Shown piece by piece: positions 10,406-20,639 of a DNA stretch of 64,000 nucleotides. The position numbers and the translations under genes are program-made. The DNA is from Trypanosoma brucei (taxonomy: Eukaryota): the NCBI GenBank assembly GCA_000002445.1, contig CP000068.1, positions 1,184,001-1,248,000 on the forward strand. The letters run 5' to 3'. Numbering within the stretch: position 1 is the first letter of the stretch; each line of letters begins with the position of its first letter. The notes beneath the pieces were generated by a model that worked only from the letters and a program-made list of their open reading frames with translations, made no database searches and was not told where the DNA came from.

Positions 10406-11405
10406 GGCATACATGGGTGTTGATGAGCATGCAATTACGCTTAAGAACGTACACACCGACGGATATGGGCTTGTAATAAGGCATACAAAATGCGTTATTG
10501 AGTCTAACATTCTCTGATATAATGTTTAAGTACGAAAACGAGTTAAGGGACGAATTGCGCCGACATGACAAAATGTTCTGCCTCATTATTTATTACTCTG
10601 TAGGGCCACAATTATCCCTCTTTACACATCTTTTCGTGGTTCTTTCTCCCATTTTTCCCCGTTTTGAATTATTGTGTTAATGGAAAATTGTGCCCCTTGT
10701 GAAAGTGGATGCAGAGCAATAAAAAGCATTACATCTCCGATGAAGGTAAGGGGCGAACTGTTGACGTCTGGCTTGTGAATGGCTTATCTCTAACTTGTGT
10801 CTTTCTCGTCCTCTCCATGCTGTTACCTTTGGCACACCTCTATCTTCTTTGTTAGCCCTCAAAACCGTTTTCCCCTTTTTTCATCTATAAGTTAGTTGTG
10901 CACTCAGCACTATTCGTGCAGAATGTAGCTTCTAGTTATGCGCCAGCTTCTCTTTTTATCCAATTTCGTGTACCGACGGCACATCTTCCTATCTTTCAGC
11001 ACGGGGGTTGAAGGCGTTATCGTCGCCACAAGCTTTGCAGATGTTTTACCGCTGTTCCGTGAATTATTTGCGATTGAATGGGAAGCGGAAGGATAGTAGT
11101 TTTATATCTGTTTTTATTTTTTAATGAATATTTGATTGTGTTAGGGAAAGGGTGGATGCCTCAGTGTCAACTTTCGGCCGGTTGTGTGGTGACACGCCAG
11201 CTCCGCTGAATATTTTACATAGCCTTTGCTGCATCGGGTGCCTCATGTGTATACACGGGTCTTACAATGATGTTTTTTTTTGTTTCTTTCATCATAATTA
11301 TCATCAAACTCAATGTATTTACCTGTATTTCTTTTAATTGCTTTTTCCTGATTACTTTTTTTTTGGTGGTACAATAGGGTATCAGAAACCTTTTTAGAAA
11401 TCCTG

Positions 11406-13133
11406 ATGCATGGAGCTTCAGTCGGAGCCACTACTTCGATGCTGTCAGCCGCGGTCGAGTTGGGAACCAGTCAGAGACAGTTGATGCGAACCAGGTGTTT
11501 TCGTTCCGCTTTGCGCTGTGGCTTCAGGGCGGTGCCGCCCCTCTTGTTTACCGATTGCTCGCAATTTCTGCACCAACAACGCAATGCAAGTAGCTTTAAT
11601 AAGTTTGAGGCGGTCTCCTATGCGGGGCGTTCTCGCAATGTGGCTAATGCTTTTAACCCACTAGAGTTAAATTTGTTTGACGATCCGACTGGTGGCCTTA
11701 CTGCTGGTCCTGCGGAGGAGCTTCCATCTACTGATATCGCGAGCCAGGTCCGGCTTTGTGTTGCCACATACTCTCGTCATCACTATTACCTGCTCTTCAC
11801 GCCTTTTGTAGACGTTATGTCGATTGTTTTCCAACTTGGTTTGGCTCCGAATGTGGCGCGACCTGGTGAAGTGATGGCTCGATGGTTCACAGATGCTGTG
11901 GCAACATTACAGAACCCTTCTTGTATGGAAGAGGTGATGGGATCGAAAGCATGGCAACGACTCTGCGAGGGACTTGATAAATTCTATGAAGATGTGGAAC
12001 CGGTAATGCCGCTTACCGCTGCTGTGCGAAAACATGGGCTACCGGAGAACTTGTTGGTACCTTTCATGAGACAACTTGCTATGGATTTGTTGCTACCGGC
12101 GCGCAGGCGAGGAGTTGTGGAGATCTTGCCAGGGTTGATATTAGGTCTTGCTAACGGAAGAGCACCTCCGGAACTTGGGTTTCCGGAGGCTGCGGGAGCA
12201 GCCGCATCGACGTCCACAGCGTTAAAGGGTGCTGCTGAGGAGCTGCAACGAAAGCGAGCCACCATGGCGGCAGATCTCTTCCTTGGTGTAGGGCAGGAAA
12301 CGGGAAACACGGACTTTGCCTACCTTGGTATTCAGCTCCTGCGCGCAAACGACATCGCAGTCCCTTTCCCAAAGCAAAAGCAACTGACCAATGTTTTTTC
12401 CGCTGCGACAAGAATTCAAACAGATTGGCAGATGCGGGTGAGTGGCCAACTTATGGAGGTGCTGCCCAAATGGATGGATTACTACAAAACGGTGTATAGC
12501 GACAACATGCGTGCCATCAAGAAGTTACACGAGAAAAGTGAGACGATACCGGAGCGGGGTAACATCAAAAATCCCGCTGCTTCTCGGGGTAATAAACAAT
12601 CGCAGCAAACCCAAAAAGAGGGAGACGAATCTGACGAAACACGGTGCACCGACGTTGGAAGTGACAATGGCGATGATGGTATGCACGACTACTTCACAAG
12701 CAACCGGAGGGAAAACATTGCTCGTGTTGCCGATCTAGAGAGTCGTATTGAGGAGTGCGTACGGAAGAGAGACATTGAGTGGCGTGACGACGGTGATCAA
12801 TTGTATGGTCGGTTCAAGCGGAAGAAGTCCCTGGCTGCTGGAGGGTCTTTAAAAAATGACGTGACTAGTGAAGACGTGGCGGAAGGAAAGGATCAATCTA
12901 GTGCAAAAGTGGTTGACGCGGAAGGTTTGGTTAAGGCGCAGAGGCAGACAAGTATGGATTTGGGGGATGAGGATTGCGCTGATGTCGCTTCTAGGTTCAG
13001 GGTTTCCACCAATCAGGCACCACCTGAGCACTTAAAAAAAAGTATGGCTGAAGACAACGCGTTCAAGAGCGCCTCGAAATACATTAGGGGAACTATTAAC
13101 AGTTGCGAAGAGGAAGAAATATGGGAACTGTAA
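11406..13133 (+). CDS. Hypothetical protein. N-terminus is basic with a presequence-like stretch; C-terminus is acidic.
   Basis: 575-aa ORF in the polycistron orientation, preceded by a T-rich tract 11270..11390. No family motif recognised. Confidence 0.55.
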   Translation: MHGASVGATTSMLSAAVELGTSQRQLMRTRCFRSALRCGFRAVPPLLFTDCSQFLHQQRNASSFNKFEAVSYAGRSRNVANAFNPLELNLFDDPTGGLTAGPAEELPSTDIASQVRLCVATYSRHHYYLLFTPFVDVMSIVFQLGLAPNVARPGEVMARWFTDAVATLQNPSCMEEVMGSKAWQRLCEGLDKFYEDVEPVMPLTAAVRKHGLPENLLVPFMRQLAMDLLLPARRRGVVEILPGLILGLANGRAPPELGFPEAAGAAASTSTALKGAAEELQRKRATMAADLFLGVGQETGNTDFAYLGIQLLRANDIAVPFPKQKQLTNVFSAATRIQTDWQMRVSGQLMEVLPKWMDYYKTVYSDNMRAIKKLHEKSETIPERGNIKNPAASRGNKQSQQTQKEGDESDETRCTDVGSDNGDDGMHDYFTSNRRENIARVADLESRIEECVRKRDIEWRDDGDQLYGRFKRKKSLAAGGSLKNDVTSEDVAEGKDQSSAKVVDAEGLVKAQRQTSMDLGDEDCADVASRFRVSTNQAPPEHLKKSMAEDNAFKSASKYIRGTINSCEEEEIWEL

Positions 13134-13712
13134 GCCCTTTAAATGAATTTTTTTATGTGTGTGTATATGCTCGTGTAAAGTGTGGACAGCCGTATCTCAG
13201 GGCACTAAAACTATTCGTCTTTTTTTTTTAATGCCCGCGTTGATTCTTTGTTGTAATGGTGTCCCTACTGATAATCTGTGTGTTTACATTTCATAAGAAC
13301 CTTCATGGCGACGTACAACGGATAAATTTCCGATTTCGACCGTATGTGCCACTGTTATTGTGTATTTTAGACAGTCCGAATAATGTTGTCCACCATGCAT
13401 CACCGCGTACCAGCGTTTGCACGGGGAATCAGTGTTTAGTTCTCCAGTTATATCGCTTGGGTAAAGAGTCGTGGAAATTTATTCGTCACACTTCCATTTA
13501 TTTGGTATATGTAAATATGCATACACGTAATCTTCTCTTGTGGCATGTTATGTTTTTTTCTGCTTCTTTAGGATTCCTCCACGGTAGTGCAAACTGCGAC
13601 TTGAGTGCACGGATAACAGTACGCAAATAACAGCGGTTATAGTGAGCGAAGGCGTGAGGAAATCCCAACTGACACAGTGCACGTTTGCCGCTTAGCCGGG
13701 TCGCCAAGGTAA

Positions 13713-16388
13713 ATGGGGATAATAGGTCTGCGCAAATTCATTGATTCCTCATCGTGTTCGAAACTCCTTCATATTGATACGCAAGACGAGGATGAAGAGA
13801 CTTTACAGCGCCCACCAGAACGGAATCTGTCGAGGGCCTCAAGCACACTGCAGGATGAATACCAGGGGATTGAAGGTCCTGTGCTCTGCTCAAGTGATAC
13901 AGTTACGCCACACGCGGATCATGTTTTAGTTGATTTGAACTGTATCGTTCACTCCAGTCTTAGAAAAAGTACTGTCAGCGGCGATGTGAGCGCGGCTGGT
14001 GCCGCCTCCATGACGAAGCGCGATCTTATACAAGCGGTGCTGCAACGCCTGCGGTTTCTACTTACGCGTGTAGTTGTTCCAACTGTCTCTCTGACAATTT
14101 GCATTGATGGCCCCGCACCGTACGCCAAGTTGGGCACCCAACGAATGCGCAGGCGTCAAGTTGGACTTCTCGACACCAGTAGTGCACAGCAGTTGTCCTC
14201 TCTTGCCATTACCCCGGGTTCGTTGCTTCTAGTTGAGTTGGAGAATGCGTTGGCGGCACAGTTTAAACTTCGCAACGGGAAGGGCTTCTTAGCGGAGTAT
14301 GTTCCCGTTTTTCTTCATGGTTCGACAGTTGCCGGTGAGGGCGAAGCGAAAATCGCTCGGTCTCTCGCATTCCTCGCTTCGTGTGGTTTCGGGCGCCACT
14401 CGGAAGCTAGTCGTCGGTACAACCCTAATGATACCATAGTTGTTATTGGCAATGACATCGATCTCACGCTCACATGTATTGGTGCCACTCAATATCACAA
14501 TTTCTCCGTGTTAGGCCCATCGTCTATGCATTTGATAGATGTATCAACTCTTCTTTACCGTTGGCTCTACAGTGGCGTCTTAACGGAGAAGCAACAACTT
14601 CCTAGTTGCGGGGAGTTCCGGTTAACTGCACGCGAACTCGCATCAGTTCGCGTGGACTTTGTGTTTCTGTTTCTTCTTAATGGTGGTGATCACTATGCTG
14701 GGGCTGGGGAAGTGGCGCATATCTTGTGGCGTCGGTACCGTACCGTTCGCGGGGCTTCGAGCATGAAGCGCTCGCTTGTTTCTGAGGACCTCTGTTCTGT
14801 TGACGTTGATATGCTGGCCGACGTGTTGCAATCTGGTGAATATACCGGGGATGTGGACACGAAAGTCGGGATGCAACTTCTTAGGGCGACTCTCTGGTCA
14901 CTACAAACGACGGTTTCTGGAGCATGCCCCGATTACCGTTTTGTTCCAAGAATATGCACTGATGCGGGGGGACCGCATCTCAACCATGTGCGGGCTGCAG
15001 TAGCTCACTGCCACCGTAAACGGCGACCTATTTCTTTTATTGCACGAAAGACGTTTACGCGGTGTAGTAGCAGCGACCCCAAGGCTAATGCGCAACTCGT
15101 GGACGACAATGAGAAGTCGCGTCCGCCGCTTCCACTAACGCCCCTGGAAACTCTGGTTGCTCTGATGCCCACAGAGGCATCACTGCCCACAAGCGTCGCA
15201 ACTGCTCTCCGGTCATCCCGAAAGTTTGAGCACATCGCACACGTTCTTGTATCAAGTAATGATGCTCATGCGGTTGCCGACGCTGCTCGTGAGGCCGTAG
15301 AAGCCGCCGATGCATATCTAACGGCCAGCGAAAGATACTTGCGTGATTTCACAGACCCCGTTCAAATCAATGTTCCACAGAAAGCGAAACGTCTTTCCAG
15401 GCATGAGCAACACCGTATGCTGGCGACTACAGGGACGATTACCGTGGAGCAACCCATGCCAGTCGTGCGCCGCGTTCAGATGCCAGAGTCTTTTCGCTAT
15501 CTCGGTGTGGATTATCCGACATACGTGAAGGATTTGATCTTCTTCTCCCCGTTGGATCTCTCTGCTTCTGGTGAAGCGGCAGTGGAAGAAGCGGAAATTT
15601 CTGCTGGTGCCGATACCAGCTGCCACACCACTGGCAACCCGTATTTGGGACACGAAAACAGCAGTTTCATAACTGATATCAAGCACGCTATCATCTCTCG
15701 TGATTGTGTGGCCGGCGTCTCAAAGACGCCTTCCAACATGCGTCGCGTGCCTGCCCACCCCAGTCTTCCTGAAGCTACGTCACTCAAGGAAGTGTGGGCG
15801 GGGAAGAAGCCGGCTAATGTTAAGCAGGCACATCGGGCTGAAGGTGCTGAGAGAAACCGACATGATGGGGCTATGAAAAATGGCACTAATCATCACAATG
15901 AAGGTAAAACCGTAACTGGAGAAAGTATGGAAGAGCTGAGGAGGCACTTCCTTCGCAAGAAAGACAAGGCCTTCGTCAAGGAAGTCAAGCAGTTCCTGGG
16001 AAGCGATGACTTTGATAAGGACTGGGTAGTGCGTGGCAGGAAGAAACCAGAGACACGAGGGAAGGAAAAGCTAGACGCGAAAAAAAATAACAAATCCGGG
16101 AAGAAGAATAGTGTGGTGAAAACTAAGGCTACCAAGCGAAGCAGTACAAAAGGAAACGTTAAGAAGAAGGTTAAAACGAATAAAAAGAAAAGGGGCAGTA
16201 AAGGTAAGCAGTCGACTCCAACACGGGGTGCCGAAATCTCGCAGGCTCCTGCAGAAGGTGACGTACCACCACTCAAGCGCAGCCGAGAGGATTCACAAAC
16301 TGGTGGGAACGAAAACACGCGGCACGATGACTCAAAACCACAGAGCCGAAACAAGCGACAGCGGAAGGTACAGGACCATCAAAGATGA
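13713..16388 (+). CDS. XRN-family 5'-3' exoribonuclease homologue with a lysine-rich basic C-terminal tail
   Basis: Conserved XRN N-terminal catalytic blocks: MGIIGLRKF (cf. MGVPKFFR), LVDLNCIVHS (cf. LYLDMNGIIH), ICIDGPAPYAKLGTQRMRRRQ (cf. IDGVAPRAKMNQQRSRRF), STVAGEGEAKI (cf. SVPGEGEHKI). The C-terminus is KKNNKSGKKNSVVKTKATKRSSTKGNVKKKVKTNKKKRGSKGK. Confidence 0.75.
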   Translation: MGIIGLRKFIDSSSCSKLLHIDTQDEDEETLQRPPERNLSRASSTLQDEYQGIEGPVLCSSDTVTPHADHVLVDLNCIVHSSLRKSTVSGDVSAAGAASMTKRDLIQAVLQRLRFLLTRVVVPTVSLTICIDGPAPYAKLGTQRMRRRQVGLLDTSSAQQLSSLAITPGSLLLVELENALAAQFKLRNGKGFLAEYVPVFLHGSTVAGEGEAKIARSLAFLASCGFGRHSEASRRYNPNDTIVVIGNDIDLTLTCIGATQYHNFSVLGPSSMHLIDVSTLLYRWLYSGVLTEKQQLPSCGEFRLTARELASVRVDFVFLFLLNGGDHYAGAGEVAHILWRRYRTVRGASSMKRSLVSEDLCSVDVDMLADVLQSGEYTGDVDTKVGMQLLRATLWSLQTTVSGACPDYRFVPRICTDAGGPHLNHVRAAVAHCHRKRRPISFIARKTFTRCSSSDPKANAQLVDDNEKSRPPLPLTPLETLVALMPTEASLPTSVATALRSSRKFEHIAHVLVSSNDAHAVADAAREAVEAADAYLTASERYLRDFTDPVQINVPQKAKRLSRHEQHRMLATTGTITVEQPMPVVRRVQMPESFRYLGVDYPTYVKDLIFFSPLDLSASGEAAVEEAEISAGADTSCHTTGNPYLGHENSSFITDIKHAIISRDCVAGVSKTPSNMRRVPAHPSLPEATSLKEVWAGKKPANVKQAHRAEGAERNRHDGAMKNGTNHHNEGKTVTGESMEELRRHFLRKKDKAFVKEVKQFLGSDDFDKDWVVRGRKKPETRGKEKLDAKKNNKSGKKNSVVKTKATKRSSTKGNVKKKVKTNKKKRGSKGKQSTPTRGAEISQAPAEGDVPPLKRSREDSQTGGNENTRHDDSKPQSRNKRQRKVQDHQR

Positions 16389-17133
16389 CATTTATCTCTA
16401 ACAGTGGCAAGGTGATCGTATGTTGGAGGACAACTGCTCGAACTCGTGGCGGCTCTTGGTGAAGAGAGCGATTTCGCAGAACAAGTATAACGAGGTAAGT
16501 AAAAAATTTATTAAGGTTAACTGGTAAGCGTGCGGAGACGTGTTATCAACTTGCATCTTGTGGTGTGTTGTGCGGTTAGTGAGCAGTGGCATGTATTGCC
16601 ACCAGCGCTTCCTGCTTTCAGGGGAGAAGTAGTACCTTACACACGAATTTCGATTTGTTGATGTTATACGCACCGTTCCTTGCTCCACTTTGTTTCCAAT
16701 TAAGGGGTTACAAAAAGCGTTCTTTCTTTCACCCTGCTTGTTTTTTTTTTTCCTGCGTTCTCTCTGATTTATTTTCGTTGGTGCTTTGCCCGCGAATTTG
16801 ATGGGTTGTGCTGTTACAAAAAGTAGGTTAGGTGAAGGAACAAAATTAGAAAGGAAAAAAGAAGGCACTCAAGGGGAGGCGCAGGTAACTCTGCTGCGGG
16901 GGATTCCATGCGTGTGTGGCTGCTGATCACCTCCGTTTCACTAATAAATTATTAACTGAACTGTATTAGCAGACGAAAAAGCAATTGCGTAGAGTTGTTG
17001 TCGATCATCTTACGGGGGCAGCTGTGTGTGTACCGCGCACCTCTTGTATACTGTGTCATCGAACCGAACAAAAACACAAAGAGAAAAAAGAGAACACATT
17101 CACTTACACAAGGGAGGGAATCCTTGAGGAAGC

Positions 17134-17156
17134 TATATATATATATATATATATAT
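17134..17156 (+). repeat. (TA)n microsatellite immediately upstream of TTL-like gene ATG
   Basis: tatatatatatatatatatatat ending at the ATG of ORF 17155. Confidence 0.9.
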
Positions 17157-18729
17157 GTTCCCTAATACATCGCTGCGACCCGGTGGGGCAGCAAACATTG
17201 GCCTTCGAAGTAAGAAAACTGAGCTCTATGGAGGTGCGAGAGGTGCGAAACCCCTGTCTTCTGCATCATCGGTGTACGGCATGTCGGGTTCTAATGGCTC
17301 CAATTTGCCCCATGCCATCGGAGGGAGCGGCAGGATTACAAATGTTGGGTCAGGGTCACCACCAATCTCTCAAGTCCTTCCTGTAGGTGGCAACTCTCAA
17401 CTTAGTAGCCTACGGGATGGCGATGTGGCCAAGTCAAACCCCGTCCGGTACAGAACTCCGCAGATGCAAATGATCGTAGCTGAACTGAGCGGTGCGCGGC
17501 AGGACGGGCCCATGCTTCGCTACCGAACCGATTTAGATAAACACGTTATTCACTTTGCATTTCGTCGATTTCCACGTAGTGTTGAAATTGTGGAGGATGA
17601 AGAAATTACAGCAGGTGACTGGCATTTCTTTTGGATGAGTGTTGGACGTGTGCGCAGTCTGTTTTCCTCCTCTGAGTATAGGTTGTCTGACTCTCAGATC
17701 ATCAATCACTTTCCCAACCACTACGAGTTGACACGAAAGGATCTCATGTACAAAAATATCAAAAAGTACATAAAGGATCCTAACAACGTACAGTTGAGGA
17801 TGCCGTATAGCTTACCGGAGCAACTCGCCAATGGTGGGGACAATGTGACATACTTGCGATTTGCTGACTGTGTTCCCATCACATACAACATTCCGAACGA
17901 TCTTGCGATGTTTGAGGAGGAGTTCCGTCGGCAACCCGGCTCCACGTGGATAGTGAAACCCACATCCCGCTCTCAGGGCCGTGGAATTTTCCTTATCAAT
18001 CGCCTTTCACAGCTGAAAAAGTGGCTTAAGGAGCGGAAGGAGTTGGATGAATTTGAGGGCGTAATGATGATGAACAGTTTTGTGGTATCCAAGTACATCA
18101 GGGACCCTTTGCTGATCGGCGGGAAAAAATTTGACCTGCGCCTGTATGTCCTTGTTACTTCCTTCAAACCATTGGTGGCCTACCTGCATGATCAGGGATT
18201 TGCACGGTTCTGCGCGACACGGTATGTTGCTAATGCGTTGAGTGATGAGGATCTATGCTCCCACCTCACCAACGTTGCTTTACAAAAGGGTGAGAAAGAA
18301 TATAACGCCTCGCATGGAGGTAAGTGGACGTTGGCAAATCTCCTACTTTTCATTCAAGGTCGTTTTGGTGCGGCTGCTGCCGACTGGTTGATGCATGGCA
18401 TTGAGTTTGTTATCTACCATAGTCTTCGTGCACTGGAATCTGTGATGTTCAACGATCGCCACTGTTTTGAGTTATATGGGTACGACATATTAGTTGACTC
18501 GCAACTTCGACCACATCTTATTGAAGTAAACTCGTCACCGTCGCTGTCTACGACAACCGTCTCCGATCGACTACTTAAGGAGGAGGTATTGCAAGACGTT
18601 CTGCAGGTGGTTTTCCCACCCGATTTTCCATCGAACAACGCAATGCCGTACTGGGAGTATCGCTTGCGGGCGGATTTAACCACCGCACTGCCAACTGGAT
18701 TTCGACTTTTGCAAGTAGGAGAGTGCTGA
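17155..18729 (+). CDS. Tubulin-tyrosine ligase-like (TTL/TTLL) family protein
   Basis: TTL-domain motifs WIVKPTSRSQGRGIFLI, YIRDPLLIGGKKFDLRLYVLVTS, HLTNVALQK, ELYGYDILVDSQLRPHLIEVNSSPSL. The exact start Met is uncertain. Confidence 0.8.
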   Translation: MFPNTSLRPGGAANIGLRSKKTELYGGARGAKPLSSASSVYGMSGSNGSNLPHAIGGSGRITNVGSGSPPISQVLPVGGNSQLSSLRDGDVAKSNPVRYRTPQMQMIVAELSGARQDGPMLRYRTDLDKHVIHFAFRRFPRSVEIVEDEEITAGDWHFFWMSVGRVRSLFSSSEYRLSDSQIINHFPNHYELTRKDLMYKNIKKYIKDPNNVQLRMPYSLPEQLANGGDNVTYLRFADCVPITYNIPNDLAMFEEEFRRQPGSTWIVKPTSRSQGRGIFLINRLSQLKKWLKERKELDEFEGVMMMNSFVVSKYIRDPLLIGGKKFDLRLYVLVTSFKPLVAYLHDQGFARFCATRYVANALSDEDLCSHLTNVALQKGEKEYNASHGGKWTLANLLLFIQGRFGAAAADWLMHGIEFVIYHSLRALESVMFNDRHCFELYGYDILVDSQLRPHLIEVNSSPSLSTTTVSDRLLKEEVLQDVLQVVFPPDFPSNNAMPYWEYRLRADLTTALPTGFRLLQVGEC

Positions 18730-20639
18730 AGACAAGGGGATGTGGCTTATTTCGGTGCTAAACCATATTATTCCTGTTCTCCTTCTTCATTCCTCCACCT
18801 CGTGGATCAGTGGAGACGTTAGGGGGTGGAGCAGGCGTGTCAGACAAGAGTGTGTGCTTTCACTATTTTCATGATACGTTGTGTTAACACGTGTTACTCC
18901 GACATGTGTATAACATTTTTTTTTAATCTTTAACTCGCTATTCGCCTGAGCATCGCAGAGAAAGCCGCAACCTTGAGGAATTTGTTTTGAATATTACAAC
19001 CCAAGCAGTAGAGTGCTCAACGATACGATGAAAGGAAGTAAGGCAACGCAGTTTTGGGGGTTGGTGGGTACGGGCCAATCAAGACGACTTAACATTTCTT
19101 GTACAAGTGATGCATCCCGCAATTAACTTTGCTGCCTCCACTTAACAGGTCAGAGAAACCGGCGCTCGTATGCCGAACTTCGCCATGTGAAGTTACTCGG
19201 AACGGGACCGACCCGCGACAATCGACATTTAGGGGCATTGCACCGAACCTAATCGTCGCTTGCGGTTATTATTGTGGCGTGTGATGACGGTGACTAGATC
19301 GCAACCTTTCAATTGTTTTTCATCCGTTTGTGTTGGGTCCCGTGCTGAGTCTCCAAAGGCGTAATCATGACAGCAACGTGTTGTCCTGTAGTGACATGCA
19401 AACCTGTTGGATATAACATCGTCACACGTTTGTGCTAAGGGCCGCCACTCATCTTGAAAAAATGGAGGTGTGGTGCCATATGTAAGGTTAGTCACTAAAC
19501 AGCGAGATGAAACATCAACTGAAAGTGTGAAGTGCGTGCCCACTCGGCTATAGGGAGAAGAAAAGAAACAGAGCGCATAGCTACATATTGCTTATTTCTG
19601 GAATTTCGTTTTGCAGTGGTCATATTTCTTGGTGTGACTACTATCTCGTCGCTGCTGCTGGTAAATTTGAGGTGCGAGGGAAGGAGACATGTGATAGATA
19701 ATGGAAAGGTACCGGGTATATTACCAAACGCACTTGAAGGAGAGGGTAAGCACACTCAGTCCTTCTCCTCCCAGTTGCATGTAATGATCTTCAGGGGGGA
19801 GGTATACGAGGAACCCTTCCTTACAATAATAGAGATGCCGTTGCGGCAGAGAAACCATTGTACAGTAGCAACTGCACGCCCAAATGTATCCCGCTTCCGT
19901 CGTCCCGTTCACCGTGTATTGCGCGGTCACGTACAAATGCAAGACAGCGGGTTCTTTTCTTCGGCACCGGCCAAGTGATAAACTCTGGCTCAGGAGGTGG
20001 AGCGTGAAGGATGGGGAAGTTTGTAGATATCCATAACTTCGCCCTCACTTCATCTGTTACTTTCTTCTAACTTCTTGTGTCGCGCCAGCTTCCCACGGAC
20101 GAGGGTTGTTAATGACGCTAGAGTACCGAAAAGTCGTGAACCTCATCTGCGGGAAGGGTGTGGTTGGGCCACAGGGAAATGATCACCGTACCCGTAATGC
20201 ACGACGGTGAGTGGCAGCCTTTTTGAACGAGTACATGCATGTTCTGAGTGAGTATAGCAAGAGACATATTCTGGCATTTCTTCTTTTGTGTATTCAACGC
20301 CCGGGTGGTAGCGTAGTCTATCTCATAAAACATGATTTAAAGAAGTTTTCTCGATGTTAGTTGCGTTTTTTTTTTTGTGTTGTTATCTCTCTGATGCCAA
20401 CACTCAGTTTCGGTCACTGCGTTATACATTTCTGTACGTAATCTTTGCTCTCACACTCGGCATCGTGACTTAGCTGAATGAGGGCGGTTCTCGTTTCGCT
20501 ATGCTTACTTTGATGCCGAGGTGCGTTGTTGTGAAATTGATACGCCGCCCGTATATGAGTTAGTGTTAAATTACTTCTTTACCTTTCCTCAACTCTCCGT
20601 CGTTTAAAATGCTAATAGGAAGGGAGGTAAGTTCTTACA

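Noticed and set aside
15893-16354. 153-aa - strand ORF antisense to the XRN gene
   Set aside because: Lies wholly inside the better-supported + strand XRN CDS (its F/L-rich product mirrors the K-rich tail codons).
16398-16868. 156-aa - strand ORF in the XRN-to-TTL spacer
   Set aside because: Opposite to the transcription direction of the surrounding polycistron. K/R-rich translation from an A/T-rich spacer; no motif.
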